Assembly: GCF_054482525.1 (NCBI RefSeq)
Contig: NZ_CM137006.1
DNA length: 64,000 bases
Strand: one strand, 5' to 3'
In this document: piece by piece, positions 54,055 through 61,993 of the stretch
Layout of the letters: every line of letters begins with the position of its first letter
Position numbering within the stretch: position 1 is the stretch's first letter
Notes under the pieces: model-generated
Told to the model about the DNA's origin: nothing
The model's input: only the letters and a program-made list of their open reading frames with translations
Database searches by the model: none
Translations under genes and position numbers: made by a program

Positions 54055-54362
54055 TTCGGGTTAGCATAACCAATACTTTTATTAAAGCCTATGTATGCAC
54101 CAATTTCTTTATACTTTAACTTAGTGAAATCTGAAATAATACTCAGTGGCTGCAATACGTTATGTCCATTGTGCGCCCCTTCATTAGCGCAAAATCCTGT
54201 ATTTGCAAACTGACCTTTATCACGCCAGATGAATCTATCAACGCCGCCACATACAGGACATGGTGTATGTTCATTTGGTTTAATATCAATTCCAAAATCA
54301 TTCATATGCACCAATGGATTCTTTTTAATATAATTATTCAAATCAGTAAAGAAATTAGCCAT
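53952..54362 (-). pseudogene. Primase N-terminal zinc-ribbon fragment (P4-alpha/T7-gp4-type CPxCGG..C), truncated
   Basis: HTPCPVCGGVDRFIWRDKGQFANTGFCANEGAH zinc-ribbon signature; ORF stops after about 135 aa and overlaps the integrase fragment on the opposite strand. Confidence 0.45.
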
Positions 54363-54681
54363 TATATTTGCTCCCGTATCGCCTTGCTGGATGCTTTGCA
54401 AAGAAATCAACGATATCTTGTTTGCGATACCAGATATAACCGTCTAATTCATGATGAATTTCTTGCGGAAATTCTTTAGGGTTAAAGCGTTTGGCGGCAT
54501 AAAACATTGGTTTAGTAACACCAGATAAAGCAATTGCATCATTGCCACACACAAGCCCTGTAAGTTGCACTTTCTGCGATTGTTCTTTTATCTGTGCCGC
54601 GATTAGCCTTTTATTCTCATTAACGTATTTTTCAATCTGTAGCTTACGCATTTTTTCGCGCATGTAATTTATATCGGTCAT
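54355..54681 (-). CDS. AlpA/excisionase-like DNA-binding protein
   Basis: 108-aa ORF; C-terminal segment TKPMFYAAKRFNPKEFPQEIHHELDGYIWYRKQDIVDFF resembles AlpA-family HTH. Confidence 0.5.
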   Translation of the reverse strand: MTDINYMREKMRKLQIEKYVNENKRLIAAQIKEQSQKVQLTGLVCGNDAIALSGVTKPMFYAAKRFNPKEFPQEIHHELDGYIWYRKQDIVDFFAKHPARRYGSKYNG

Positions 54682-54697
54682 TTTAGTATCCTATATA

Positions 54698-56200
54698 TTA
54701 AGTCATTATCTGTGCTGGTGGGGTAATGATATGAATTATCCCTCGATTATTCATAATGAATCTACATCGTTCAAGCCCTGTAATTGCTCGCTTTATATTA
54801 TTTGGCTGCATTTTATACTCAGTTTTTAATGCCTTCGTTAAATCGGATTCATGTACACAGCCATCAGCACTAAATTCCATTAACTGTATTATCATTTCTA
54901 AAACTCGTTCTTGTGCTGGTGCATTTTTCTTTTTTAACTCGCTCATATATGAGTCGTAAGCGAGAGTATTATTACGCGCAGCATTTTGAGTAAAATTAAC
55001 TCCTGCTTCATATGATTCTGCATTTACAGCGTTTTGCATTAATTGCTTATTTTGCTGTTGCGTTGTTAGTGGTTGCCGCTGTTGCGTGTGCATTTGCGCA
55101 TAATCATTTATCGGTGATTGCTGCATGATAAATGGTTCATCATTAGCTTGTTTGCGTTCTATTTTTCCTGCTGCAATTACTGGAGTTGGCCTATCAATAA
55201 ATACCAACGTCTTAGTATTGGCGTTTACCTGATAACCTTTTGCATTTTCTTCGGGATAATCGCATAATTCATTATTAATATCATGTAATTCACAGACGGT
55301 AATTCCGTTATCCGCTGTGCATAAATCAAATTGCATCACTGGTAATTTTGCAGCGCTACGGTTTTTTTCGATAGTGAGTGATACGGATAACCCAAAATCA
55401 TTACCCTGCATTTGCTCTAGTTTAATGACTGTATCAGAGTCATTTTTAAGGGTAATGGCTCCTTTCATACCTTTAGCCGCATCTTTGCCGCCGTGGTGAA
55501 CCATCAAGACAAAAGAATTTGTTTCTACTGCAATTCTTTTCAAAATCGAAATCAGCTTACGCATTGCAATAGCATCATTTTCATCAGGATTTTCCATATC
55601 CAAAATGGTTTTTCCATCAATGCTTTTTTTTGTGTAGTATGCCAAAAATGAAGAAAGCGTATCAAAACAAATGATGCCGCCTTTGTTATTGGTGATTTTA
55701 TTTACATCATTTATTATTCGATTCTGTATTTCTTTATCAAATAAGTTTATTTGTGGTGACAAGATGTGCATTCTGTCATTTTTAACGCCACTATTAAACT
55801 TATTAGACCACGCTGTATTTCGATCTTTGATTTCAACGCCTGTTTCACCATCAAAATAAAAAGCATGGCATTCTTTAGCAACTCGCAAACCAGCCCACGG
55901 TTTACCCTGTGCAACTCTGTTTAAAAGAGATAATGCCGCAAATGATTTGCCTGTGTTGGATTCACCATAAAGGAAGCCGACCTGTTTTCGGTTAAATAGA
56001 TTTTCAATTACAGGGCGTAACCGCTTTTCTGATTGCAATTGAATTTCAGCTAATTCAATTGCACACAATTCATCATTTATACCATCATATTCAGACCACT
56101 CACCGTAGTTGGCGGGTGCGTAATAATCAATCGCGAGAGTGTAATAATAATCAGGAATAGCAGACCAATCAATAAACATTCCTGTGCACATATCATTCAC
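54698..56200 (-). CDS. RepA-like/RecA-fold P-loop ATPase (replicative helicase-type) with C-terminal putative winged-helix domain
   Basis: 500-aa ORF; Walker A GESNTGKS, Walker B-like IICFDTLSS, LMVHHGGK; adjacent iteron array. Confidence 0.6.
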   Translation of the reverse strand: MNDMCTGMFIDWSAIPDYYYTLAIDYYAPANYGEWSEYDGINDELCAIELAEIQLQSEKRLRPVIENLFNRKQVGFLYGESNTGKSFAALSLLNRVAQGKPWAGLRVAKECHAFYFDGETGVEIKDRNTAWSNKFNSGVKNDRMHILSPQINLFDKEIQNRIINDVNKITNNKGGIICFDTLSSFLAYYTKKSIDGKTILDMENPDENDAIAMRKLISILKRIAVETNSFVLMVHHGGKDAAKGMKGAITLKNDSDTVIKLEQMQGNDFGLSVSLTIEKNRSAAKLPVMQFDLCTADNGITVCELHDINNELCDYPEENAKGYQVNANTKTLVFIDRPTPVIAAGKIERKQANDEPFIMQQSPINDYAQMHTQQRQPLTTQQQNKQLMQNAVNAESYEAGVNFTQNAARNNTLAYDSYMSELKKKNAPAQERVLEMIIQLMEFSADGCVHESDLTKALKTEYKMQPNNIKRAITGLERCRFIMNNRGIIHIITPPAQIMT

Positions 56201-56247
56201 CGTAATTTGGGTATTTAATTAAGAAAAATTCAATTACTTCTTCTTTT

Positions 56248-56400
56248 TTATATAGATGCTTTGTTTTTTTTGTTTTTATCGCAAGTAACTAAATGCTCTT
56301 TTGGAAATTCTTTAGGGTTAAAACGTTTAGCCATATAAAAAGCGGTTGAGCCAATTTTAGCCAAAAGTTGTGCTTCACGAGGTGTAATTAAGTCGCTCAT
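56248..56400 (-). pseudogene. Second, truncated AlpA-like copy (50 codons)
   Basis: MSDLITPREAQLLAKIGSTAFYMAKRFNPKEFPKE...; DNA about 56305-56340 is an imperfect duplicate of 54473-54510; ends in a poly-T/A tract. Confidence 0.35.
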
Positions 56401-56689
56401 GTAGGGTATCTCTTAGATGTATTCTGAGTGCGGTCATGGTAGGCGAGGGGAGGAATAGCGGCAAGCATTACCGGATATAGTAAGCACTACCAGCTAAAGT
56501 CTAACTAACTGTCAACAGATTGAGGCTAAAACCACTGTATGTAAATTCAATTTTAAAAATTAAAAATCATTCTGGCTTAACTAATTATGCTCAATTTAAA
56601 TTGAATCTGATAATAAAAAGAATCAATAAAATGGATTTAGTGATTTTTAGTTGGACGAAATCGTTCATTTTATGTGCATTGCTCGCTGG

Positions 56690-56925
56690 TGATAATTCAA
56701 CCAATCCATTCAACCTATTCGAATGGGTGGTGAATTTTTGACCGAATTAAATTCACCTGAATATTCACCGAATGATTCACCTGAATCATTCAGCCCTTCA
56801 TTCACCACGAAACCCAGGCGCGGCGGGGCTTACAGGCCGATTCATTCACCTGAATATTCACCTGAATATTCACCTGAATTATTCAACCAAAAATTCACCT
56901 TCATATTCACTCATTCACCTCTCTA
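56690..56925. repeat. Iteron array: at least 9 TTCACC hexamers, including tandem palindromic 12-mers ATTCACCTGAAT
   Basis: TTCACC at 56751, 56763, 56775, 56800, 56844, 56856, 56868, 56893, 56913; three exact tandem 12-mers at 56843-56878. Confidence 0.65.
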
Positions 56926-57236
56926 TAAATAAGCATTGGAATGCTTTTTATAGAGGTTGATGAATGAAGGTCGTTCAAGTGAATGAACTGTGAGTTGGGT
57001 AAACCCCTAGGGGTTGGGGGTGTTGTCGATTTGTGGTAAATTCCTTCTGCCAGCGTGAAAAAGGCGCTGGTGGGGATTTGCAGCCCCAAACAAACAAAAC
57101 CATTGGCAAGGAATTGCCGATGCGCGTGCGCACGTCAGTTATGGCGGTCACGGCGAGGGAGTCGAAAGGCTCGCCAGTTTTGTTTGTTTGCTGGTACTGC
57201 AAACCTCGTCGTGATCGTCACCACGGGGATGCATGT

Positions 57237-57488
57237 ATGCAGGAAACAGACTGGCACAAAGCGGATATTCTTGCCTCTTTAAAGAAAAAGAAAATCAGCA
57301 TGGCGGGATTATCCCGTGAACATGGTTTATCAAGTAGCACGTTGCTAAATGCACTTAGTAGAGAATGGCCTAGAGGCGAATTAATTATTGCTAATGCAAT
57401 TGGTGTGTCACCTCAAGAAATATGGCCTTCTAGGTATTTTGAAAAAGATGGCTCTCCAAAAAATCGTGTGATTCGTAAACCTGTTTAA
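57237..57488 (+). CDS. Ner-like DNA-binding protein (Mu Ner / Nlp family)
   Basis: 83 aa MQETDWHKADILASLKKKKISMAGLSREHGLSSSTLLNALSREWPRGELIIANAIGVSPQEIWPSRY matches the Ner family signature; upstream in-frame extension of track ORF judged non-coding. Confidence 0.7.
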   Translation: MQETDWHKADILASLKKKKISMAGLSREHGLSSSTLLNALSREWPRGELIIANAIGVSPQEIWPSRYFEKDGSPKNRVIRKPV

Positions 57489-57705
57489 ATAAGTCAATGC
57501 GTCTCTGATTAAAAGGGGCGCATTTTTGTTTTTACTGACTTGTTGCAATGTGGGATATGTTGCGCACGTGTGTGCGATAGTTGTTAATTGTTTTTTGTAC
57601 TAGTTAACAAATACGAATTTTCTGAGGGTGCTATTTTGGGTTTTAGCTGCGGCTTCGCCTTGCTGCCCTTCGGGCTGGTGGTGCAAGAAGAATGTTTGAA
57701 AACTT

Positions 57706-57751
57706 CCTTTTCTTTGCTTCACCAGCCCCGTAGGGGCGTGAGCGTAGCGAA
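57706..57751 (+). repeat. 46-bp direct repeat, copy 1 (identical to 61912-61957)
   Basis: ccttttctttgcttcaccagccccgtaggggcgtgagcgtagcgaa; contains hairpin GCCCC-GTA-GGGGC. Confidence 0.85.
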
Positions 57752-57849
57752 CCTAATCACTTTGATTTTGACACATATCGGTTCTATCATTTTCAGGAAA
57801 ATCATCATAGAATTATATAAAACATACGATTTTTAAGGTGAATTTTTAA

Positions 57850-59001
57850 ATGCACGAGAAAGCGCAAACAAAAATAAAAGATACTATTAGAGAAATACTA
57901 ATCACTCCAGCAATCGCTTTTACTGGTCGTGCAGGTCATTTTGATTTTTCATTATATGAAGTTTTAGCAAATGAGCTTAACAAAAGAAAGATAAAGTTTA
58001 AAATTGATAAATTATCATGTTGGATTATTTTTGATGGCGCAAAAAAACATTACTTTCAAGATAAATCAATTACTGACGCACAAGCGATAAATGATTTTGT
58101 GGATACGTTATGTAGTATTTACTGTGAAACACCTATGGATTACTCCATCGATTTTCACTTTAGAAATTTAAAAATCGATATCAACCCGATTGATTATGAG
58201 TTTGTTTCAATTAGAGCGGGTGAGGATATTGGTATTGGTTTGTTCGCTGAAAAAGAAAAGTATGCGATTGCGAGCATTAAAAAGAATGGCTATCTTTCAG
58301 GTGGTTATCCTAGCTCATTTATAAAATCGATTTTGCAAGATTTGAAAATCTTCATTTTTTTGATTAAAAGCATTAATTTGATTAAGACAGGAAAAACCAA
58401 TTTAGCATCCACGTTATTTCAATCGATGTCCGGTCATGCTGACACAATTAAGATTGATTGCGTTAATGTTAAATATCCTTGGATGAATAGCAGTGTCCAT
58501 ATTTCAGAGTCGGTAGGGAAATTTTTACACAACTTTATCTTCAATTATGAATTTGAAGAAGGCTACATTATAGAAAAAATAGATCATTCGCTTCAGCTAA
58601 TGAATGCAATAGTAAAAGATGAGTCAAAAGAAGCCTTGCGTATCAAGGCTGCAATTGATTGGTTGGTGCAATCTGAAATCACTGATGATGAAACCATGTC
58701 TTTTATTCAAATTTGCATGGGGCTTGAATCAATTTTTGGTGATGATGATTATGAGGGTGGCCTAACAAACATACTATCTGATAGATGCGCCTACTTAATA
58801 GGGAATAAAATTAAAGAGAGGAGATTTATAAAGGACACATTTAAAAAAATATATCAAGTTAGGTCAAAGATAGTGCATGGCGTAAGAAATCATTTATCAG
58901 ATGATGAATTATATTTTAGGCATTTAGCATATTCATATTTAGAGCGTTCTATTCTAAAAGAAATTCAAAATTTAGACCTGCAATCCCATCAGGCGACGTG
59001 A
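57850..59001 (+). CDS. Hypothetical 383-aa protein with C-terminal HEPN-like R-x4-H-G motif (candidate Abi-type RNase)
   Basis: Long AT-rich ORF with SD aaggtg 11 nt upstream; RSKIVHG at residues 338-344 (nt 58861-58881) in a helical C-terminal domain. Confidence 0.65.
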   Translation: MHEKAQTKIKDTIREILITPAIAFTGRAGHFDFSLYEVLANELNKRKIKFKIDKLSCWIIFDGAKKHYFQDKSITDAQAINDFVDTLCSIYCETPMDYSIDFHFRNLKIDINPIDYEFVSIRAGEDIGIGLFAEKEKYAIASIKKNGYLSGGYPSSFIKSILQDLKIFIFLIKSINLIKTGKTNLASTLFQSMSGHADTIKIDCVNVKYPWMNSSVHISESVGKFLHNFIFNYEFEEGYIIEKIDHSLQLMNAIVKDESKEALRIKAAIDWLVQSEITDDETMSFIQICMGLESIFGDDDYEGGLTNILSDRCAYLIGNKIKERRFIKDTFKKIYQVRSKIVHGVRNHLSDDELYFRHLAYSYLERSILKEIQNLDLQSHQAT

Positions 59002-59288
59002 AGCTTGTGCGCTTCATTATGGGGCTAGCCGCCATCAGGCAAGGCGATTGCATGTCTTTGCGCTTCGTCGCCTCCTGATGCGTTCTGTGAAGATGTCGAT
59101 CATTTAGTGAGCGCGGCGGATGTTGCTGATGGATAGTGTGGATGCAACTGAACCATACCGCGAAAAGTGGCAGGATTGCGCCGGAATCGTACCGCTAGCA
59201 GGTGTTGAGTGTAAGAAGTAGTGATTGGGTGAAATGAAGATAGAAGGCCGCATAGAGGCATACAACTAGCCTTATGCGGTTGGCTGGT

Positions 59289-59732
59289 TCAGCACTGGTA
59301 AAAGTTGGCGAGGTGTGGAATATGGCTGGTGGTGGTTTCGAAAGCCTTGAGGCGTCCATTTTTATCTTTTTTCAAGTAGAGCATTTTTAGTGCTGGTGGA
59401 AATACTGAATCCATAATTCCATAAACTCCCACATTTTCGTTTTCTTCTTTAAGCATTCCCCAATATTGATAACCATTTAATGCGCTATCATCAATGCCCG
59501 TTCCAACGCGCTTAATGTGGGCAAGATATCGGCCTTTTATCGTAAAGCTAAATGATTCATCACGTTCATTTGTGCAAGTGTAAAATCCATCATCGCTTTC
59601 ATTTATAACTTCAGATGCTTCACGATTTAATGAGTACTTGTCTAAGTTGTTTATGATGTCACTTCGCTGTGCGCATCCAGTCAAATTTAGAATGGTAAAA
59701 ATTAGTACAGAAGATGCAAGATATTTGTTCAT
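59289..59732 (-). CDS. Hypothetical lipoprotein (147 aa)
   Basis: MNKYLASSVLIFTILNLTGC signal peptide plus lipobox; start at internal ATG 59732. Confidence 0.6.
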   Translation of the reverse strand: MNKYLASSVLIFTILNLTGCAQRSDIINNLDKYSLNREASEVINESDDGFYTCTNERDESFSFTIKGRYLAHIKRVGTGIDDSALNGYQYWGMLKEENENVGVYGIMDSVFPPALKMLYLKKDKNGRLKAFETTTSHIPHLANFYQC

Positions 59733-59818
59733 TTTGATTATCCATATGAAAAGCAAGGTACTTAGATTAAATTACCCTGCTTAAGCAGTAATTAGCGGTT
59801 CCGTTAATAGAGGGTAGA

Positions 59819-60178
59819 TTATTTGTTAATTTGTTTTTTAGTGTGTGAGATAAAATTTCTAAGTAAATCTTTTTCAATTACAATTTCACATTTTAGGTTT
59901 TGGCTATCGACCGCATCAATTCTATCAAACCAAAACATTAATTCCTGGCTTGCATCGCATTTACGTTTGAATTTAATTGCCCTGCCGAATTTTTCACTTA
60001 AAGAATCATCATCACATAAAAAATAAATTTTATTATTAATGGTGATTTGAATTAAATATGTCTTCCTCGTTAGGTAATCTAACCTTTCGTTAGCTTTCAG
60101 TAAGTTAGCTTCAGCTTGTTTGATGCGTATAAGAGCATCCTCTTTGCTTAAAGGGGATGTATTGACAGACTTGATCAT
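59819..60178 (-). CDS. Hypothetical protein (119 aa), upstream partner of the lipoprotein gene
   Basis: ORF co-oriented with and 62 bp upstream of the lipoprotein gene; no recognisable family. Confidence 0.5.
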   Translation of the reverse strand: MIKSVNTSPLSKEDALIRIKQAEANLLKANERLDYLTRKTYLIQITINNKIYFLCDDDSLSEKFGRAIKFKRKCDASQELMFWFDRIDAVDSQNLKCEIVIEKDLLRNFISHTKKQINK

Positions 60179-60287
60179 AATTTAATCCTTTGGTTAAGAT
60201 TCATCAAAAATATGCCATAAATAGCCTTGAAGGTTGTGTGGAATACATATTATGATAGCTTCATCTAATCAGCAAGGGGAATAATAG

Positions 60288-60443
60288 ATGCCTTCTAAAC
60301 GTGTTATATGCTCACTTGATGAGCAAGAGTTAGATATTCTCGAAAAATATAAATTACATTATAAAAATATGCATGGCGTAAAATTAAACAGAACGGCAAT
60401 TATCAAAATGTTGATTAGTCGTCTATCAAAAGAAATTCAATAA
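60288..60443 (+). CDS. Small putative ribbon-helix-helix (CopG/Arc-like) regulator, 51 aa
   Basis: MPSKRVICSLDEQELDILEKYKLHYKNMHGVKLNRTAIIKMLISRLSKEIQ: beta-strand then two helices pattern; divergent from the minus-strand pair; below ORF-track cutoff, found by own reading. Confidence 0.45.
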   Translation: MPSKRVICSLDEQELDILEKYKLHYKNMHGVKLNRTAIIKMLISRLSKEIQ

Positions 60444-60495
60444 TAATTCTAATTACCAATTAATTTAAACTTCACATAATTAAAGAGGCAACTCT

Positions 60496-60810
60496 ATGCA
60501 CACTCTTTTTTCTAAATTTAAAAACAGGAAAATTAAAATGTATCAACCACGTTATAAAAGCAGAATGATTGACGATAATGAATATAATCAGGTGCTTCAA
60601 TCGAGAATGCAAAATCTTTTAAATCAATATAATAATGAGGTTTCAAACTTAACCCGCATTGGTGTTACAAATTTGGGTTTCGGCCGATGGGATAATGGAG
60701 AGAGCAAAATCAATAACCACGTTAATAAAGTAAGTGAGACTTTGGAAAAGATGCAATCTACGCAAGCCTTGATTGATGCTCTTGCAAATGAAATTACACA
60801 AACTAATTAA
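60496..60810 (+). CDS. Hypothetical small protein A (104 aa)
   Basis: ORF with SD aaagagg 8 nt upstream; AT-rich. Confidence 0.5.
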   Translation: MHTLFSKFKNRKIKMYQPRYKSRMIDDNEYNQVLQSRMQNLLNQYNNEVSNLTRIGVTNLGFGRWDNGESKINNHVNKVSETLEKMQSTQALIDALANEITQTN

Positions 60811-60894
60811 TCGAATGGGGGATGCTTTAAATGGTAATCGCAATCATGGTTGTAATGTTTTGGGCTTTCCTGATTCTTAAAGAGGAAATGAAAT

Positions 60895-61179
60895 ATGGTT
60901 AAATTTGGAGTGTTTTACCATCATGCATGGGGTGATGGTAAAAAGGAAATCCCGCCACCTGATTTAAATTACATCCGAACCGATCCACATAAAAATAATG
61001 AAATTGCTTTAGATGTTTTTGATTCAAGAATGGACGCACAAAAACGCGCTGATTTACTAAATTCACGCATGGCAAAAAATCAAACTGGTCAGCATTATGT
61101 TGCGCCAACAACGCAAGAAACCAAAACGGCTCAAAAGCGCTTTAAGTTTCCTTGTACTAGCATTTATGGGTGGAAATGA
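60895..61179 (+). CDS. Hypothetical small protein B (94 aa)
   Basis: ORF with SD aagagga; N-terminus KFGVFYHHAWGDGKKEIPPPD resembles that of protein C. Confidence 0.5.
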   Translation: MVKFGVFYHHAWGDGKKEIPPPDLNYIRTDPHKNNEIALDVFDSRMDAQKRADLLNSRMAKNQTGQHYVAPTTQETKTAQKRFKFPCTSIYGWK

Positions 61180-61181
61180 AA

Positions 61182-61556
61182 ATGAGTAAACAATTCGGTG
61201 TTTTCTTTTGGCGAAAAGGTGACGCTATTACCGATATCCCGTCAGATAAAAATGTTGCAAATCGCGGAGTAAAGCCTAAGCGCATTTTTTCAGATTATAT
61301 TGATGGAATGCGATATAAAGATAAAATGAATGCAACAATTCCAGCGGCGCAAAAAGGTAAATATGAATATGTATTAGCGGAAATTGTTGAACCAGACCCG
61401 AACAATACAAAGGTGTTGTTTAAATCTGGAAATTTAACAGAAGCATTAAGGGCGAAGCGACAAACAACCGAACAAATCAACCGAAATAAAATTGATGCAA
61501 TGATTAAAGAAGCCGCACACGATTACCTTTACACTATTACAGGAATGGAAAAATGA
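61182..61556 (+). CDS. Hypothetical small protein C (about 125 aa; start at ATG 61182 or 61176)
   Basis: QFGVFFWRKGDAITDIPSDKN N-terminus paralogous to B; abuts stop of B. Confidence 0.5.
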   Translation: MSKQFGVFFWRKGDAITDIPSDKNVANRGVKPKRIFSDYIDGMRYKDKMNATIPAAQKGKYEYVLAEIVEPDPNNTKVLFKSGNLTEALRAKRQTTEQINRNKIDAMIKEAAHDYLYTITGMEK

Positions 61557-61852
61557 TTATTGACGAGCGATTTATTAAATGGTCAATGGTGCTGGTGGAG
61601 GCCGGAAAGCCATCACCCAGCCTCGCGGGGCTTTATAAAGGAAACACTAAAGGATTAATCTTTTATAAAACACGTGAATTGGCATCAAATGCAGCCACTA
61701 AACGGAATGAGCAATTAGCAGGAACTAAATCAACCAGCCGATTTAAAATCATTAAATTGCATGACGCAGAAGCACAACAGAAACATGATTTTCAGTTAAA
61801 ACAGGAACGCCAGCGCCGCGATGCACGCCATATGCGCCGATTTGGTTTCTAA
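61553..61852 (+). CDS. Hypothetical small protein D (99 aa), basic C-terminus
   Basis: Start ATG overlaps stop of C (ATGA), indicating translational coupling. Confidence 0.5.
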   Translation: MIIDERFIKWSMVLVEAGKPSPSLAGLYKGNTKGLIFYKTRELASNAATKRNEQLAGTKSTSRFKIIKLHDAEAQQKHDFQLKQERQRRDARHMRRFGF

Positions 61853-61911
61853 ATATAACTCAATAACTCAACCAATGGTGATGTTAAAGAATAAGGTGGC
61901 CTTAAATTTCA

Positions 61912-61957
61912 CCTTTTCTTTGCTTCACCAGCCCCGTAGGGGCGTGAGCGTAGCGAA
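61912..61957 (+). repeat. 46-bp direct repeat, copy 2 (identical to 57706-57751)
   Basis: Same 46-mer, 37 bp upstream of the tape-measure-like ORF. Confidence 0.85.
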
Positions 61958-61993
61958 ATAAGTAACATTAATATCAAATCAGAGGTAAATAAA

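Noticed and set aside
56723-56960. Two overlapping 60-70-aa ORFs with repetitive SPEYSPEYSPE and HLNIHLNIHLN translations
   Set aside because: The repetitiveness is the translation of tandem 12-bp DNA iterons; interpreted as a protein-binding repeat array, not coding.
57033-57236. N-terminal 68-codon extension of the Ner-like ORF
   Set aside because: Extension is Cys/Arg-rich, overlaps a strongly structured inverted-repeat region, and the Ner-family homology begins at the internal ATG 57237.
57000-57236. Retron msr/msd ncRNA hypothesis for the structured element
   Set aside because: No reverse transcriptase gene anywhere in the element; the downstream gene is a Ner-like regulator.
57588-57836. 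82-aa ORF overlapping repeat copy 1
   Set aside because: Spans the conserved repeat and a pyrimidine-rich intergenic region; no SD; hydrophobic low-complexity translation.
57706-61957. CRISPR array interpretation of the 46-bp repeats
   Set aside because: Only two copies, separated by 4.2 kb of protein-coding sequence; no cas genes.
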